DNA from: Candidatus Hermodarchaeota archaeon
GTDB taxonomy: Archaea; Asgardarchaeota; Lokiarchaeia; Sigyniarchaeales; SOKP01
Reading direction: 5' to 3'
Length of the DNA: 64,000 bases
NCBI GenBank assembly: GCA_048885525.1
Contig: JBHLLP010000015.1
Location: 15,055 to 79,054, forward strand
The notes below the pieces were generated by a model. That model saw nothing but the letters and a program-made list of their open reading frames with translations. It did not search any database and was not told where the DNA came from. Position numbers and translations under genes: made by a program. Of the stretch, positions 20,557 to 30,345 are shown piece after piece. The stretch's first letter is position 1. Each line of letters opens with the position of its first letter.

Positions 20557-20586
20557 TTACCGTAATTTATTAAGAAATTACGATAA
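20557..20586 (+). promoter_or_regulatory. Inverted repeat straddling the probable alba TATA box
   Basis: TTAcCGTAATTT-attaag-AAATTACGaTAA: 12-bp arms with one mismatch, centred on TTTATTAA. Confidence 0.45.
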
Positions 20587-20673
20587 AACTTCAATACGTA
20601 ATACGCAAACGCAAAAAAACTTAAAAAAGTAAGGAAATACAATAAAAATTAAAAAACAAATGAGGAAATTAAA

Positions 20674-20952
20674 ATGGCTAAGGAAGAAAACGCTGTGTTT
20701 GTTGGACGCCGTCCTACCATGAACTATGTGATGGCAACTATGATGATCCTTAATAAAGGTGAGGAATGTACCGTTAAAGCTCGAGGTAGAGCTATTTCAC
20801 ATGCTGTTGATGTATGTGAAATTTTAAGAAATAGATTCCTAAAAGGTACAGAGTATAAAGACATCAAACTTTCCACAGAACAGCTTGAAGGAGAAAATGG
20901 GCAGAATAACAATGTTTCAAGCATTGAAATAGTACTTGCTCCTCCAAAATAA
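20674..20952 (+). CDS. albA: Chromatin/RNA-binding protein Alba
   Basis: [12 protein letters not shown]; [22 protein letters not shown]; VSSIEIVL. Confidence 0.95.
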   Translation: MAKEENAVFVGRRPTMNYVMATMMILNKGEECTVKARGRAISHAVDVCEILRNRFLKGTEYKDIKLSTEQLEGENGQNNNVSSIEIVLAPPK

Positions 20953-21371
20953 ATAGTGAAATTAACTTTACTTCGCTGAATCAAAATAACACAATTTTTA
21001 CTTTTTTTTTTAATATTTTATTCTTAAATATTGTATTATCTTAACAATCTAATAACAATTTTAAGAAAAAAAACAAAAATATGACAATAAATTAATTAAA
21101 TTTTGCTTGTGAAAGAATACGAGAAGCAATTTTATTAATCAGTTATTATTTCAAAAGATATTATCTTGTTAATATATCTTTTTATAGTTTATGAATGTCC
21201 CATTCTTGTCAGTTTCCTTGAAATATAAAGGAAATTATGATTTTTTTAGTAAAATCACAAACATTTAATAATACAGTTAGGAAAATAATAATTAACAAAA
21301 CATTATTTATTTCAATTTTAAATCCTATTTTAAATAAATTTTTAAAAAATTCTAAAAGAGGAAGATAAAAA

Positions 21372-21572
21372 ATGGCGAAAAAAGCTGCAAAATCTGAACC
21401 TTTGTTTGTAAAGTCAAAGGTTAGAGAATATATTAAAGGGAAAGGGTGTAATACTAGTAGTGGTGTCCTTGATGGGGACACTTTGAATGGACTCATTATG
21501 GAGATGTTAGATCACGCTGTAAGACGAGCACAAGCTAATAATCGAAAGACAGTAAAGGCAAGAGATTTATAA
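21372..21572 (+). CDS. Histone-fold protein (short, DUF1931/'face-to-face'-type) with a short Lys-rich N-terminus
   Basis: LFVKSKVREYIK...AVRRAQANNRKTVKARDL histone-fold C-terminal RKT..ARD signature; followed by a poly-T tract at 21592-21602. Confidence 0.85.
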   Translation: MAKKAAKSEPLFVKSKVREYIKGKGCNTSSGVLDGDTLNGLIMEMLDHAVRRAQANNRKTVKARDL

Positions 21573-21632
21573 ATTCACTTGCCAACATAACTTTTTTTTT
21601 TTATTATCTATTTCTTTAAGAAATTATATTAT

Positions 21633-23726
21633 TTAGATAATTATTGAAGGTTTTTCAAACTTAGCTTGACTTATTCCAGTAGATAAGTCTTTTTCAACAA
21701 TTATTTTAGATGTGGATATATCATGTGGAATTGCTGTATGAGTTATTAGAAAAATTTGAGAAAAAGATTTAGATTTAATCAAGTGTTTTAGAATACGCTC
21801 TCTTCGAGTTTCGTCCAAAGCAGCTAAGGGTTCATCCAAAAGCAGAAAATTAACTTTGGGATTTCTTCTAGGGGAATCTTTAGTAGGACGAATCGAACTC
21901 ATTAATTCTGATATTGCAAGACGTAATGCAATTCCTAAAGCTGTTAGATCTCCACCTGAAAGAACCTCGGTTGATTCATATTCTCCATTATAATTATCTC
22001 TGATTTTTAAAGACAAACCAGTTTTTCTCGTTCCGCTCAAATCAAGTAGTAAATCACTATATTGACCAGATGTAAAATCTTTAATATATTTATCGGTAGT
22101 AAGAGCTATATTTTTCACTAAACGTTTTACAACCATATATTCAGTGACAAATCGCCGTACAAATTCTTTTGCTTTATTAATATGATCTATATCAACTTCA
22201 TATTCTCCGATTTTTTTTTTTAAATCTTTCATTTTTTGAATTTCATTATGTAAAATTCCTATTCTTTCTTTATTACTTTGAAGTTTTAGCTGTTTTTCCT
22301 TAATATCATTTAAAAGAGCTTTTAACTCTGTAGAGAATTTTTCCTTTTCAATTGATAATTTTTTGATCCCTTCAATACTCGAGTCTTTAAATTTAGATCC
22401 ATTTTTCGAGAGGAAATTATTTAACTCGATTTCAATTTCTTTTGATTCAGATTCATATTTTTTATAATTCTGGAAATCTTCTTTAAGACCTTGATAAATT
22501 GTTGTATCTTCTTTGAATTTATCTAATCGCTCTTGAATTAATTTAATCTCTGTGTCAAAATTCGTTAAAATTTTAGTAATAGAATCAATCTTATCTTGAT
22601 TTATTTTAATTTCATCATTGAATTTCATAATCATTTCATCATAATGTTCTTTTGTTAACTCATTTTGACAAGTTGGACATTGTGCAATTTCTTTTCCCTC
22701 TTTCATTTTCGTAAACTTTAAACTTTTCTCCATTTTTTTCATAGATTTTTTTATATCTTCTATTCTTCCCTTCGTTTTCCCTAATCCTTTAAATGTTGCC
22801 TTTCTTTTCTCCTCTAATTCATCTTTATTTCTTTTTAATATAATGTTTTTCTCTTTTAATGTACTGATTTTATGAATAATTGTATCTTGAGAATCAAAAT
22901 CATCAAAATTAAGATCTGTTTTCTTGATTTTTGCTTTAAAATCATTTTCATATGATAAATATTTATCATCTGCAATTGTCTTTTGATTATATAAATTTTC
23001 TAACTCTGAGATTAATTTATTTGAAGGAAAATCCTTAATTATCTGTTCATAATCTTCTTTTTTTTCCTTTTTTTCTGTGATTTGTTTTTGAAATTGAACA
23101 TTTTCTTTTTCAATACGGGTAATATCTTCATTAATTCGTTCAATTGGAACTCTTGATTTCTCAAGATTTTCTTTTTCATATTTCTTTCCTTTAGACTCAC
23201 TATCTAAAAAATTAAGAGCATCATCAATTATATTTAACCGAAATAAGTCAATTAACATCTCTCGTAATTCCGCTCCCCTTTTGTTAGCCAATTCTTCTAC
23301 TTCGCCTTGACGTACAAAGACAGTACTCATTGCTTGCTCTGAAGAAATTTCAAAAAATTTTTCGACATTAAAACGTTTTACTTCTTGATAAATTGTTTTA
23401 TTCTCTGGTAATTCGAATAGCTTTGTAATTATACTTCCTGTTCTACCCCATTTTCGATAAATATAATATTTTACTTTATCCAGTGTGAAATACACATAGA
23501 TCTCTGACTTTTTGGCTCCATATGTTATAAATGAATCTGCATTTCTTCCTTTAAAGACCCTAGGTCCAAAAAATGCAAAAAGAATTCCCTCTAAGATAGT
23601 TGATTTGCCATATGAATTTTTCCCACTTATAAGAATTAGTCCTTCAGGTAATTCTTCAGCACCTTTAGGCAAGTTCAACTGTTTGTAACCCATGAAATTT
23701 TTAAAAGTAAGCTTATTGATTAACAT
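21633..23726 (-). CDS. rad50: Rad50/SbcC-family SMC-like ATPase (short coiled coils)
   Basis: Walker A GKNSYGKST; Q-loop VFVRQGE; central zinc hook CPTC; signature LSGGD; Walker B/D-loop FLLLDEPLAALD; H-loop LITH. Confidence 0.9.
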   Translation of the reverse strand: MLINKLTFKNFMGYKQLNLPKGAEELPEGLILISGKNSYGKSTILEGILFAFFGPRVFKGRNADSFITYGAKKSEIYVYFTLDKVKYYIYRKWGRTGSIITKLFELPENKTIYQEVKRFNVEKFFEISSEQAMSTVFVRQGEVEELANKRGAELREMLIDLFRLNIIDDALNFLDSESKGKKYEKENLEKSRVPIERINEDITRIEKENVQFQKQITEKKEKKEDYEQIIKDFPSNKLISELENLYNQKTIADDKYLSYENDFKAKIKKTDLNFDDFDSQDTIIHKISTLKEKNIILKRNKDELEEKRKATFKGLGKTKGRIEDIKKSMKKMEKSLKFTKMKEGKEIAQCPTCQNELTKEHYDEMIMKFNDEIKINQDKIDSITKILTNFDTEIKLIQERLDKFKEDTTIYQGLKEDFQNYKKYESESKEIEIELNNFLSKNGSKFKDSSIEGIKKLSIEKEKFSTELKALLNDIKEKQLKLQSNKERIGILHNEIQKMKDLKKKIGEYEVDIDHINKAKEFVRRFVTEYMVVKRLVKNIALTTDKYIKDFTSGQYSDLLLDLSGTRKTGLSLKIRDNYNGEYESTEVLSGGDLTALGIALRLAISELMSSIRPTKDSPRRNPKVNFLLLDEPLAALDETRRERILKHLIKSKSFSQIFLITHTAIPHDISTSKIIVEKDLSTGISQAKFEKPSIII

Positions 23727-23733
23727 CGATAAA

Positions 23734-25041
23734 CTATACCTCTTTTTCTTTTTCCATTATTCGTAATGCTTTTTTTAAAGCGCTCATCCCAAATTCAGTT
23801 AACTTGTCTAGATTGTATTCTGTTTTATCTTCACTCAGTTTTTCTCTCACAAAAGTTTTAAATTCATCTTCTGGTTTTTCAAGAATATAATCCAAAATCA
23901 ACCCCGTACTTATATCATCTTCTAAAGTTTCAGACATATCCGAGATTTTCCACAGTAATTGTAATATATTATGTTTATCTGGTTGAGAAAAAATATTTCT
24001 TCTAATTTTCGACATCATTTCATTAATTTGCCAATTCCTTTCAAATGTCATCTCACCTTCAATATTTACTTTTAACCTAGCAGCTGTCTTATGATTAAAT
24101 TCTTCTTCTCCGATATGGCGTTTTAATTCATTCAAAACTTGATTTTCTATATCATTAATAGAATATTTAGCTTTAGCATCAATAACAATAATTTCAAATG
24201 GTCTAGTTAATAATTCATCTGTGGATACTCTATCCACAGTTAATTCTCTTGTACTTTTATCAATGTTAACAATCAGATAACCTTGATTTTCGTATCTTTC
24301 TTTAAAATTCATTGGTAATAAACCTCCAGAATAGTAGTGATTTCTCGATAATTGCTTGAATCCATGCTCATGACCTAAAGCCACATAATCATAGCCAAAG
24401 TCATCGGAATTAACTTTGTTATGTAATGTATTGTCGCTAGCAGAGCCATGAGCTACAGCAATGTTAATATAATTATTATCTTTTGGTTGTTGATTAATTA
24501 TCCAATTGTCATAAGCAGATTGGTAAGTCTCAAAACTTTTAAATTCAAAATATGGAAATAAATAAAATCTTACTTTTTTATCAGGGAATTCCAATGATAA
24601 TGAACTATTTAATTTGATTGCTTCTATTAGATCTCTTTCTTTAAAGTAAAATAGATTTGGATATTGATCTTTATTAAGATGTGATTCTAAGGGCGTATAC
24701 TCATATCCTCTAAAAATTCCATGATTTCCTTCGATATATATAAATGGAACTTGATTATTTGTTTTTTCGAAAAAGATTTTTAATCCCTTTATTAAGGTTC
24801 TTCTTGCTGGCTCAGGGGGTGGATATGAACTATATTTAGAAGGGTGATGAAAGATGTCTCCACAGTGAACTAAAAAATCAATGTCATTTATGTTAGATAT
24901 TTCATCCATTACTGCCAAAAAGCAATCATAAATCTCTTGTTCATAAGGTTTTGAGTAATTATCAATTGCCCATTTGTTTATTGTACCTCTCCTCGCTCTA
25001 TATCCAAGATGAGTATCTGCCATATGAATTAATTTTACCAT
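23734..25041 (-). CDS. mre11: Mre11/SbcD metallophosphoesterase nuclease
   Basis: IHMADTHLG; HCGDIFH; EGNHG; AHG; YVALGHEH; adjacent to rad50; GGTGA RBS. Confidence 0.9.
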   Translation of the reverse strand: MVKLIHMADTHLGYRARRGTINKWAIDNYSKPYEQEIYDCFLAVMDEISNINDIDFLVHCGDIFHHPSKYSSYPPPEPARRTLIKGLKIFFEKTNNQVPFIYIEGNHGIFRGYEYTPLESHLNKDQYPNLFYFKERDLIEAIKLNSSLSLEFPDKKVRFYLFPYFEFKSFETYQSAYDNWIINQQPKDNNYINIAVAHGSASDNTLHNKVNSDDFGYDYVALGHEHGFKQLSRNHYYSGGLLPMNFKERYENQGYLIVNIDKSTRELTVDRVSTDELLTRPFEIIVIDAKAKYSINDIENQVLNELKRHIGEEEFNHKTAARLKVNIEGEMTFERNWQINEMMSKIRRNIFSQPDKHNILQLLWKISDMSETLEDDISTGLILDYILEKPEDEFKTFVREKLSEDKTEYNLDKLTEFGMSALKKALRIMEKEKEV

Positions 25042-25053
25042 TATATCACCTTT

Positions 25054-26259
25054 TTATTCTCCTAATACTTTATGCCTCCATGATTCAGAATATTTTTTAG
25101 TTCTCTCATCAAATTTTAATTCCATAAACTTACTTTCTAATTTGTTATATTCAGAAACTAATAATGTACTTGCTTCGTGAGCTCCTTTTAAACATAAAGG
25201 ATAACCTCTGGGGGAATAAGGCATTATATTCTGTAATATATATTTTGCATCTTTTGTATCTAAGAAATCTGGTATGTCAAATCTTAAAGCTGCGCTATTT
25301 TTTTGTATTCTAGCGATATATGCCTTACTTTTAGTATACGCTGAAAGGTCTGGCATTTCTACCAAAAAACTTTTTTCTTTCATAATTTCTGACCAAATTG
25401 GCAAAATAAAATTACCTTGTGCATCCCTTAATCTACAAGTTTTGGAAATTGTATAATAATGTATATTATAAGATTCAACAAATTTAAAAAAGAATTTAGT
25501 AAAAGCTTGCGGTGGAAAAATATGATGCCGAAACATTTGAATTCCATCACCTAGGAATACTACGTTTTCAACTTTTCCCCAATTACTTTCCTCTTTTATT
25601 CTTATAAGTGATTTCAAAATTTCATCAGCAGTTCTTATTCTATCAACTACATGCGCTATAGAAGGATAATAAAATGCATGGTTATCTATAGCACTCTTTA
25701 TTTTATTACTAAAAGTAGTTTCATACCATTCTTCTAATTCATCAATAAAATTTTTCAAATCTCCAATATAGAAGATCTTTTTAATTGTTTTAACGAAATT
25801 TTCAATAACAGTTTGATAAATAATTAGTTTATGTTCGTTATCTTCAATATAAGTAGAAATTGGTTTATACATTATTTTTTCAATATTATACTTTCCATCT
25901 GTGAGAGTAACTTGACCTTCTCCAAACTTAAATGATCCTAATATAGCATAAGTTCCAGACTTTGTGTTTGAGCTCTCATCAAACCCGATAATTTTAAATC
26001 CCTTATCTACATAATCAATTAAACTTTCTTCAATTCTGATATAAGGCATTTCGCTAAAGTGGGCTCCTGTATTTCTGAGTTTTTCTTCAGCACTACTAGT
26101 GGGATCGGGATCTTCTAACTCTTTTTTTTCTTCTTCTGTCCATGTAATCTTATTAGATTTTATAAATTCCTTAAATTGTTTAATGTCGGGATCAAAAGAT
26201 CCTTCCGGTCTATTATTAATCGACTCTTCCAATGATATTAATTCAAAATCGAATGAAAT
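25054..26259 (-). CDS. nurA: NurA-family nuclease (divergent); probable ATT start
   Basis: GFDES, LGDG, ISKT.R and GYPLCLKGAHEAS match NurA motifs; lies between herA and mre11. GGGTGA RBS at 26265-70 is followed by TAA then in-frame ATT at 26259 (track start TTG 26232). Confidence 0.75.
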   Translation of the reverse strand: MSFDFELISLEESINNRPEGSFDPDIKQFKEFIKSNKITWTEEEKKELEDPDPTSSAEEKLRNTGAHFSEMPYIRIEESLIDYVDKGFKIIGFDESSNTKSGTYAILGSFKFGEGQVTLTDGKYNIEKIMYKPISTYIEDNEHKLIIYQTVIENFVKTIKKIFYIGDLKNFIDELEEWYETTFSNKIKSAIDNHAFYYPSIAHVVDRIRTADEILKSLIRIKEESNWGKVENVVFLGDGIQMFRHHIFPPQAFTKFFFKFVESYNIHYYTISKTCRLRDAQGNFILPIWSEIMKEKSFLVEMPDLSAYTKSKAYIARIQKNSAALRFDIPDFLDTKDAKYILQNIMPYSPRGYPLCLKGAHEASTLLVSEYNKLESKFMELKFDERTKKYSESWRHKVLGE

Positions 26260-26286
26260 TTAAATCACCCAATTTAATTATCAAAA

Positions 26287-28038
26287 TCAAGGTAGTCCTG
26301 TTGGTGGAGGACCTGGACTCATATCTTTCATTTTTTTAGAAAAATCTTCATAAAAGAATTTTGATTTAGTTTCAAAATAATCATCATATAGAGGAATTTT
26401 AAGTTTTTGGAAGTTAGTGAGCCAAATTCCTGAGATTAATGCAATTCCAACTGTACCAGTAAGAGATTCAAGATCACTTTGTTGAACTCCACCACCAATA
26501 CTCCGTGCAGCTACTTGTTTTTCTTTGTCAGATCTCAATGGTAAGTTAATTACAGTATTCATATTAGATAATATTGTGTCATCTATAGGGGAATATTGTT
26601 GAGAAATAACTTCTAGAGCTAAATTAAACTTTCTTCCTTGACGAGAAATATCTTTGAACACATTACTAAATCTCATCATTTCAGGTCTCAATATACTAGG
26701 TGCTTCTTCAATTGTAAATATAATTATGGGTAAATCAGTTGGGTCTTTAACTTCCTTTCCACTTTTGATGTATAATTTATCAATTGAGTTTTCATAGTTT
26801 TTATAGAAATTTTCGGGTAATGTTTGTTTAAGTTTTGTTTTTAATGTGTTAATATCCGTAGATGATTTTAATGCCTTTCTAATATCAAAAAGGGTTCTAG
26901 CTAACACGCTATTGAACAAAAATTGCTCTAAATCTGAGATCATAGACACATTAAATATAATTATTCCACCTTTTTCTAGCTTTTTCACAATCTCTGGTAA
27001 TTTGCTACTTGCATTAGATCGAAACATCTCAGAATATTCTAACCAAGCAAGTCTCCTTCTAACGGCTGCCATAGTAGCATCACTATGTCCTCCACGTAAA
27101 GGAGAATATCCTTCTGTTAAAAGATTCTCAATATAATTTTCATGGTTCTCATTATATGCTGAATGAACAGCTCCTACTTGTAAATCATTAAAAGTTCCTG
27201 TCGCGTATAAGTCAACAGGTTTTATTTCTTGATAGTTAATAATACAAGGTTGAGCCATACTTTTTATTGGAGCCGGAGGTATTCCTTTATTAGGATAAAG
27301 ATAAAACCAACTTCCAATAAGCTTTTTGTTATAATCTACGGCTTTGCAAATATCATTGACTCCATATTTTAAACATCCTAGAGCATATTCATCATGCATA
27401 TCAATCGCTAACATAGAGATTTTCGTTCCCTTTCCATTTAAAATAACATGGGCATTATGCTGCAAGAGACCATCAAGAAATACTTGGTTTAAATTCGATT
27501 TCCCAGTACCTGTTGCTCCGGCAATGAAAAAATGATACATAAGATATTTATAGGGGAAATAGACATTTACATTGGCTTCGGAAGCCAATGAACCCATATA
27601 CACACCATCTGGAGTAAATATGGTCTCTAAATAGTCAGCTTTATCATCTTGAATTTCAGAGATTTCCATGGAATGGGGTTTTAATACTCCTTTTTCCATA
27701 ATATCTTCAATAAGAAAGAAAACATTTGAAGTGAAATTATTTTCTTTTTTAGACTTTTTATCTCTCTCCGTGAGAATTATCGGGCGTCCTTGAATCACAT
27801 ATTGTAATTCAGTCTCAAGCTCTGCGGTAATGTATTCTGTCATTTTAACATTCTTTAACTTTTGCCGAGTCATTATATAATCTTGAATAGTGTATTCTTT
27901 TAGGATTTGGATTATTATTGTATAATCTTTTTTTTCAGTTTCATCTTTAGCCTCTAATTTAACAAACCCATGAAGATGTACATATTTCTCATGAAATATT
28001 TCAATAACACTTTCTGTTGGATTTATTCTAATTATCAT
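26287..28038 (-). CDS. herA: HerA/FtsK-family ATPase/helicase
   Basis: HFFIAGATGTGKS Walker A; IDMHDEY; TIEEAP Walker B; RQGRKF; ISQ; lies in an operon with nurA/mre11/rad50. Confidence 0.88.
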   Translation of the reverse strand: MIIRINPTESVIEIFHEKYVHLHGFVKLEAKDETEKKDYTIIIQILKEYTIQDYIMTRQKLKNVKMTEYITAELETELQYVIQGRPIILTERDKKSKKENNFTSNVFFLIEDIMEKGVLKPHSMEISEIQDDKADYLETIFTPDGVYMGSLASEANVNVYFPYKYLMYHFFIAGATGTGKSNLNQVFLDGLLQHNAHVILNGKGTKISMLAIDMHDEYALGCLKYGVNDICKAVDYNKKLIGSWFYLYPNKGIPPAPIKSMAQPCIINYQEIKPVDLYATGTFNDLQVGAVHSAYNENHENYIENLLTEGYSPLRGGHSDATMAAVRRRLAWLEYSEMFRSNASSKLPEIVKKLEKGGIIIFNVSMISDLEQFLFNSVLARTLFDIRKALKSSTDINTLKTKLKQTLPENFYKNYENSIDKLYIKSGKEVKDPTDLPIIIFTIEEAPSILRPEMMRFSNVFKDISRQGRKFNLALEVISQQYSPIDDTILSNMNTVINLPLRSDKEKQVAARSIGGGVQQSDLESLTGTVGIALISGIWLTNFQKLKIPLYDDYFETKSKFFYEDFSKKMKDMSPGPPPTGLP

Positions 28039-28194
28039 TTTTATCTTTATTCTTATCTCTTATGAACTAATAATATTATTCAATCTAAATAAATAAAAAA
28101 TTGTATTAATCCAAGCTTACATTTATTATTAAGTCTTTTGAACATATTATTTGTTGTTATAAATAAAATTCTAGGACCTAACAAATTTAGTAGT

Positions 28195-30330
28195 CTATAA
28201 TAGATCTAATGCTGATTTGAATAAATCTTGCTTATCAATTTGTCTTTTTTTTTTATTAGATTTAAATTGAACTGACGACCTTTTGTAAACCTTCTGTTTT
28301 AATTCTGAAATAAATTGGGAGATTCTTACTACTTGAGGCCCTCTGTATGTATTTTTAATCGATGGGGAAATAAGATATAATTGATCTTTTGCCCTTGTTA
28401 TTGCAACATAAAATACTCTACGTTCTTCTTCGAATGCCTCTTGATCTCCTATGCTTCTGTTTGAGGGAAATGAATCTTCACATAACATAGGAATAAATAC
28501 AACTCGCCACTCAAGTCCTTTGGCTCTATGTATTGTAGATAATATCAATGGATTTTCTTCCTCTCTTTGTTCCCCCGCATGGACAGTCTTAGACTCTAAA
28601 TTAGATAAATTTAAACTTAAATTTTCTAAGAATTTTCGAATAGTAGGAAAACTTTGGGCATAAATACTTAGTTGTTTTAAATCGTCTATGCGATCTTGCC
28701 AATTATCGTATTTTGACTTTAAATGATCCTCAAGAATTTTTACTAAATCTCCAATGACCTCAGAGGGATTGTCATCAGGAGAAAAATCGATCAGTTTTTT
28801 TACATAAGATATTAAATTTTTTATTCCCTCCTTAGAAATACGAGATCCTTTTAATTTCTCAGCGTAAAACATTTTATTGATTAAAGAATCGATTGGATGT
28901 TCTATATTAGATATTGCTTCAAATATTTTTGAGCCCGAAGAAGTTCCTATCCCCTGAATAATTGAAAATATTCTAGACCATGATACTTCGTCATGAGGGT
29001 TCTCAATTATTCTTAAATGAGCTAACATATCTTTAATATGGGCTCTTTCAAAAAAAGCCACTCCCGCACGAACTTCATAAGGTATATTCTTTGCTTGTAA
29101 TTCGATTTCAATTCTTAGAGTATGAGACGCTGCTCTAACCAATATTGCCATTTCTTCTAAATCAAATCCATCTGAGCGTAATTTTAAAATCTGGTTAGCA
29201 ACGAATCGTGCTTGATCTATATCATCTCCTAAATTTACTTGATATGGCAACACACCTTTAAGACGTGTGGGTCGCATATATTTTTTAAATTGATTTTCAT
29301 TATGTTCTATTGAGTTATTTGCTAAATTTAATATCTCAGGTATACTTCGATAATTATATGTTATAGTATATCTCTTGCAATTCTTATATCTTTTTTCAAA
29401 ATTGAGAATATTTTGAAAGTTTGCCCCTCTGAATGCATAGATGCTTTGAGCGTCATCTCCTACTGCGATAATATTTTGATTTGGATTCTGTTTTACTATT
29501 TTATATATTATTTCATCTTGAATATAGTTAGTATCTTGGTATTCATCCACAAGAACAAATTTTATATTCTTGGCAATTAATTGAGCTACGGTTCTTTCAT
29601 CTAATAACTGATTCCAATATATTAACAAATCATCGAAGTCAACTAAATTATCCTGAGCTTTCTTCTCTCGATAAATCTTAAAAACTTCTTCTAATTTTTT
29701 AATGACATTTTCACTATCGAATTGAGAATATTTCCAAAGAATAACATCTTTAATTGATTTATTACAATTAATAGAAAATGATAAAATATCTTTTGCTATC
29801 CTAGAAGTAGGAAAACGCTCTTCGATTTCTTGTACATTTGATTTCTCGATTGACAGTTTCATTAACGCTCGTGCGTCAGTTTCATCCATTATAATATAAT
29901 TTGCTTTCAAACCTAACGTTTTTGCATATCTTCGAATAAATCGATTTGCAATTGAATGAAAAGTTCCACCCCAAATTCCTTTTGGACGCTTTCCTAAAAG
30001 TGTTTCCACACGTTTTACCATTTCATTTGCTGCCTTATTAGTAAAAGTTACAAGCATGATTTCAGTTGGTCTTATTCCTGACAACAATAATTTTGCAACT
30101 GAATAAGTAATTGTTCTCGTTTTGCCACTTCCAGCACCTGCTATAACTAACATTGGTCCTTTAATGTTATTAATGATTTTAAGTTGTTCCTCATTTAAAT
30201 CTTCTTTAAAATTGATTTCATTATATTCTTCAAGAACTTCTGGTATTTCTTCTTCTAAAGATTCTGCATAATCCTCCTCATAAAACTCAAATACGTATTC
30301 CTCTTCTACTTTATCTTTTTGCTGATTCAA
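28195..30330 (-). CDS. uvrD: UvrD/PcrA-family SF1 DNA helicase
   Basis: AGAGSGKT; VTFTNKAA; VDEYQDTN; VGDDAQSIYAFRGA; NYRS; STIHRAKGLEW; EERRVFYVAITRAK. Confidence 0.93.
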   Translation of the reverse strand: MNQQKDKVEEEYVFEFYEEDYAESLEEEIPEVLEEYNEINFKEDLNEEQLKIINNIKGPMLVIAGAGSGKTRTITYSVAKLLLSGIRPTEIMLVTFTNKAANEMVKRVETLLGKRPKGIWGGTFHSIANRFIRRYAKTLGLKANYIIMDETDARALMKLSIEKSNVQEIEERFPTSRIAKDILSFSINCNKSIKDVILWKYSQFDSENVIKKLEEVFKIYREKKAQDNLVDFDDLLIYWNQLLDERTVAQLIAKNIKFVLVDEYQDTNYIQDEIIYKIVKQNPNQNIIAVGDDAQSIYAFRGANFQNILNFEKRYKNCKRYTITYNYRSIPEILNLANNSIEHNENQFKKYMRPTRLKGVLPYQVNLGDDIDQARFVANQILKLRSDGFDLEEMAILVRAASHTLRIEIELQAKNIPYEVRAGVAFFERAHIKDMLAHLRIIENPHDEVSWSRIFSIIQGIGTSSGSKIFEAISNIEHPIDSLINKMFYAEKLKGSRISKEGIKNLISYVKKLIDFSPDDNPSEVIGDLVKILEDHLKSKYDNWQDRIDDLKQLSIYAQSFPTIRKFLENLSLNLSNLESKTVHAGEQREEENPLILSTIHRAKGLEWRVVFIPMLCEDSFPSNRSIGDQEAFEEERRVFYVAITRAKDQLYLISPSIKNTYRGPQVVRISQFISELKQKVYKRSSVQFKSNKKKRQIDKQDLFKSALDLL

Positions 30331-30345
30331 TTTTACATGCTATTG

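Noticed and set aside
21209-21496. 95-aa minus-strand ORF overlapping the histone gene
   Set aside because: Antisense to the histone and runs through AT-rich promoter DNA; no recognisable features.
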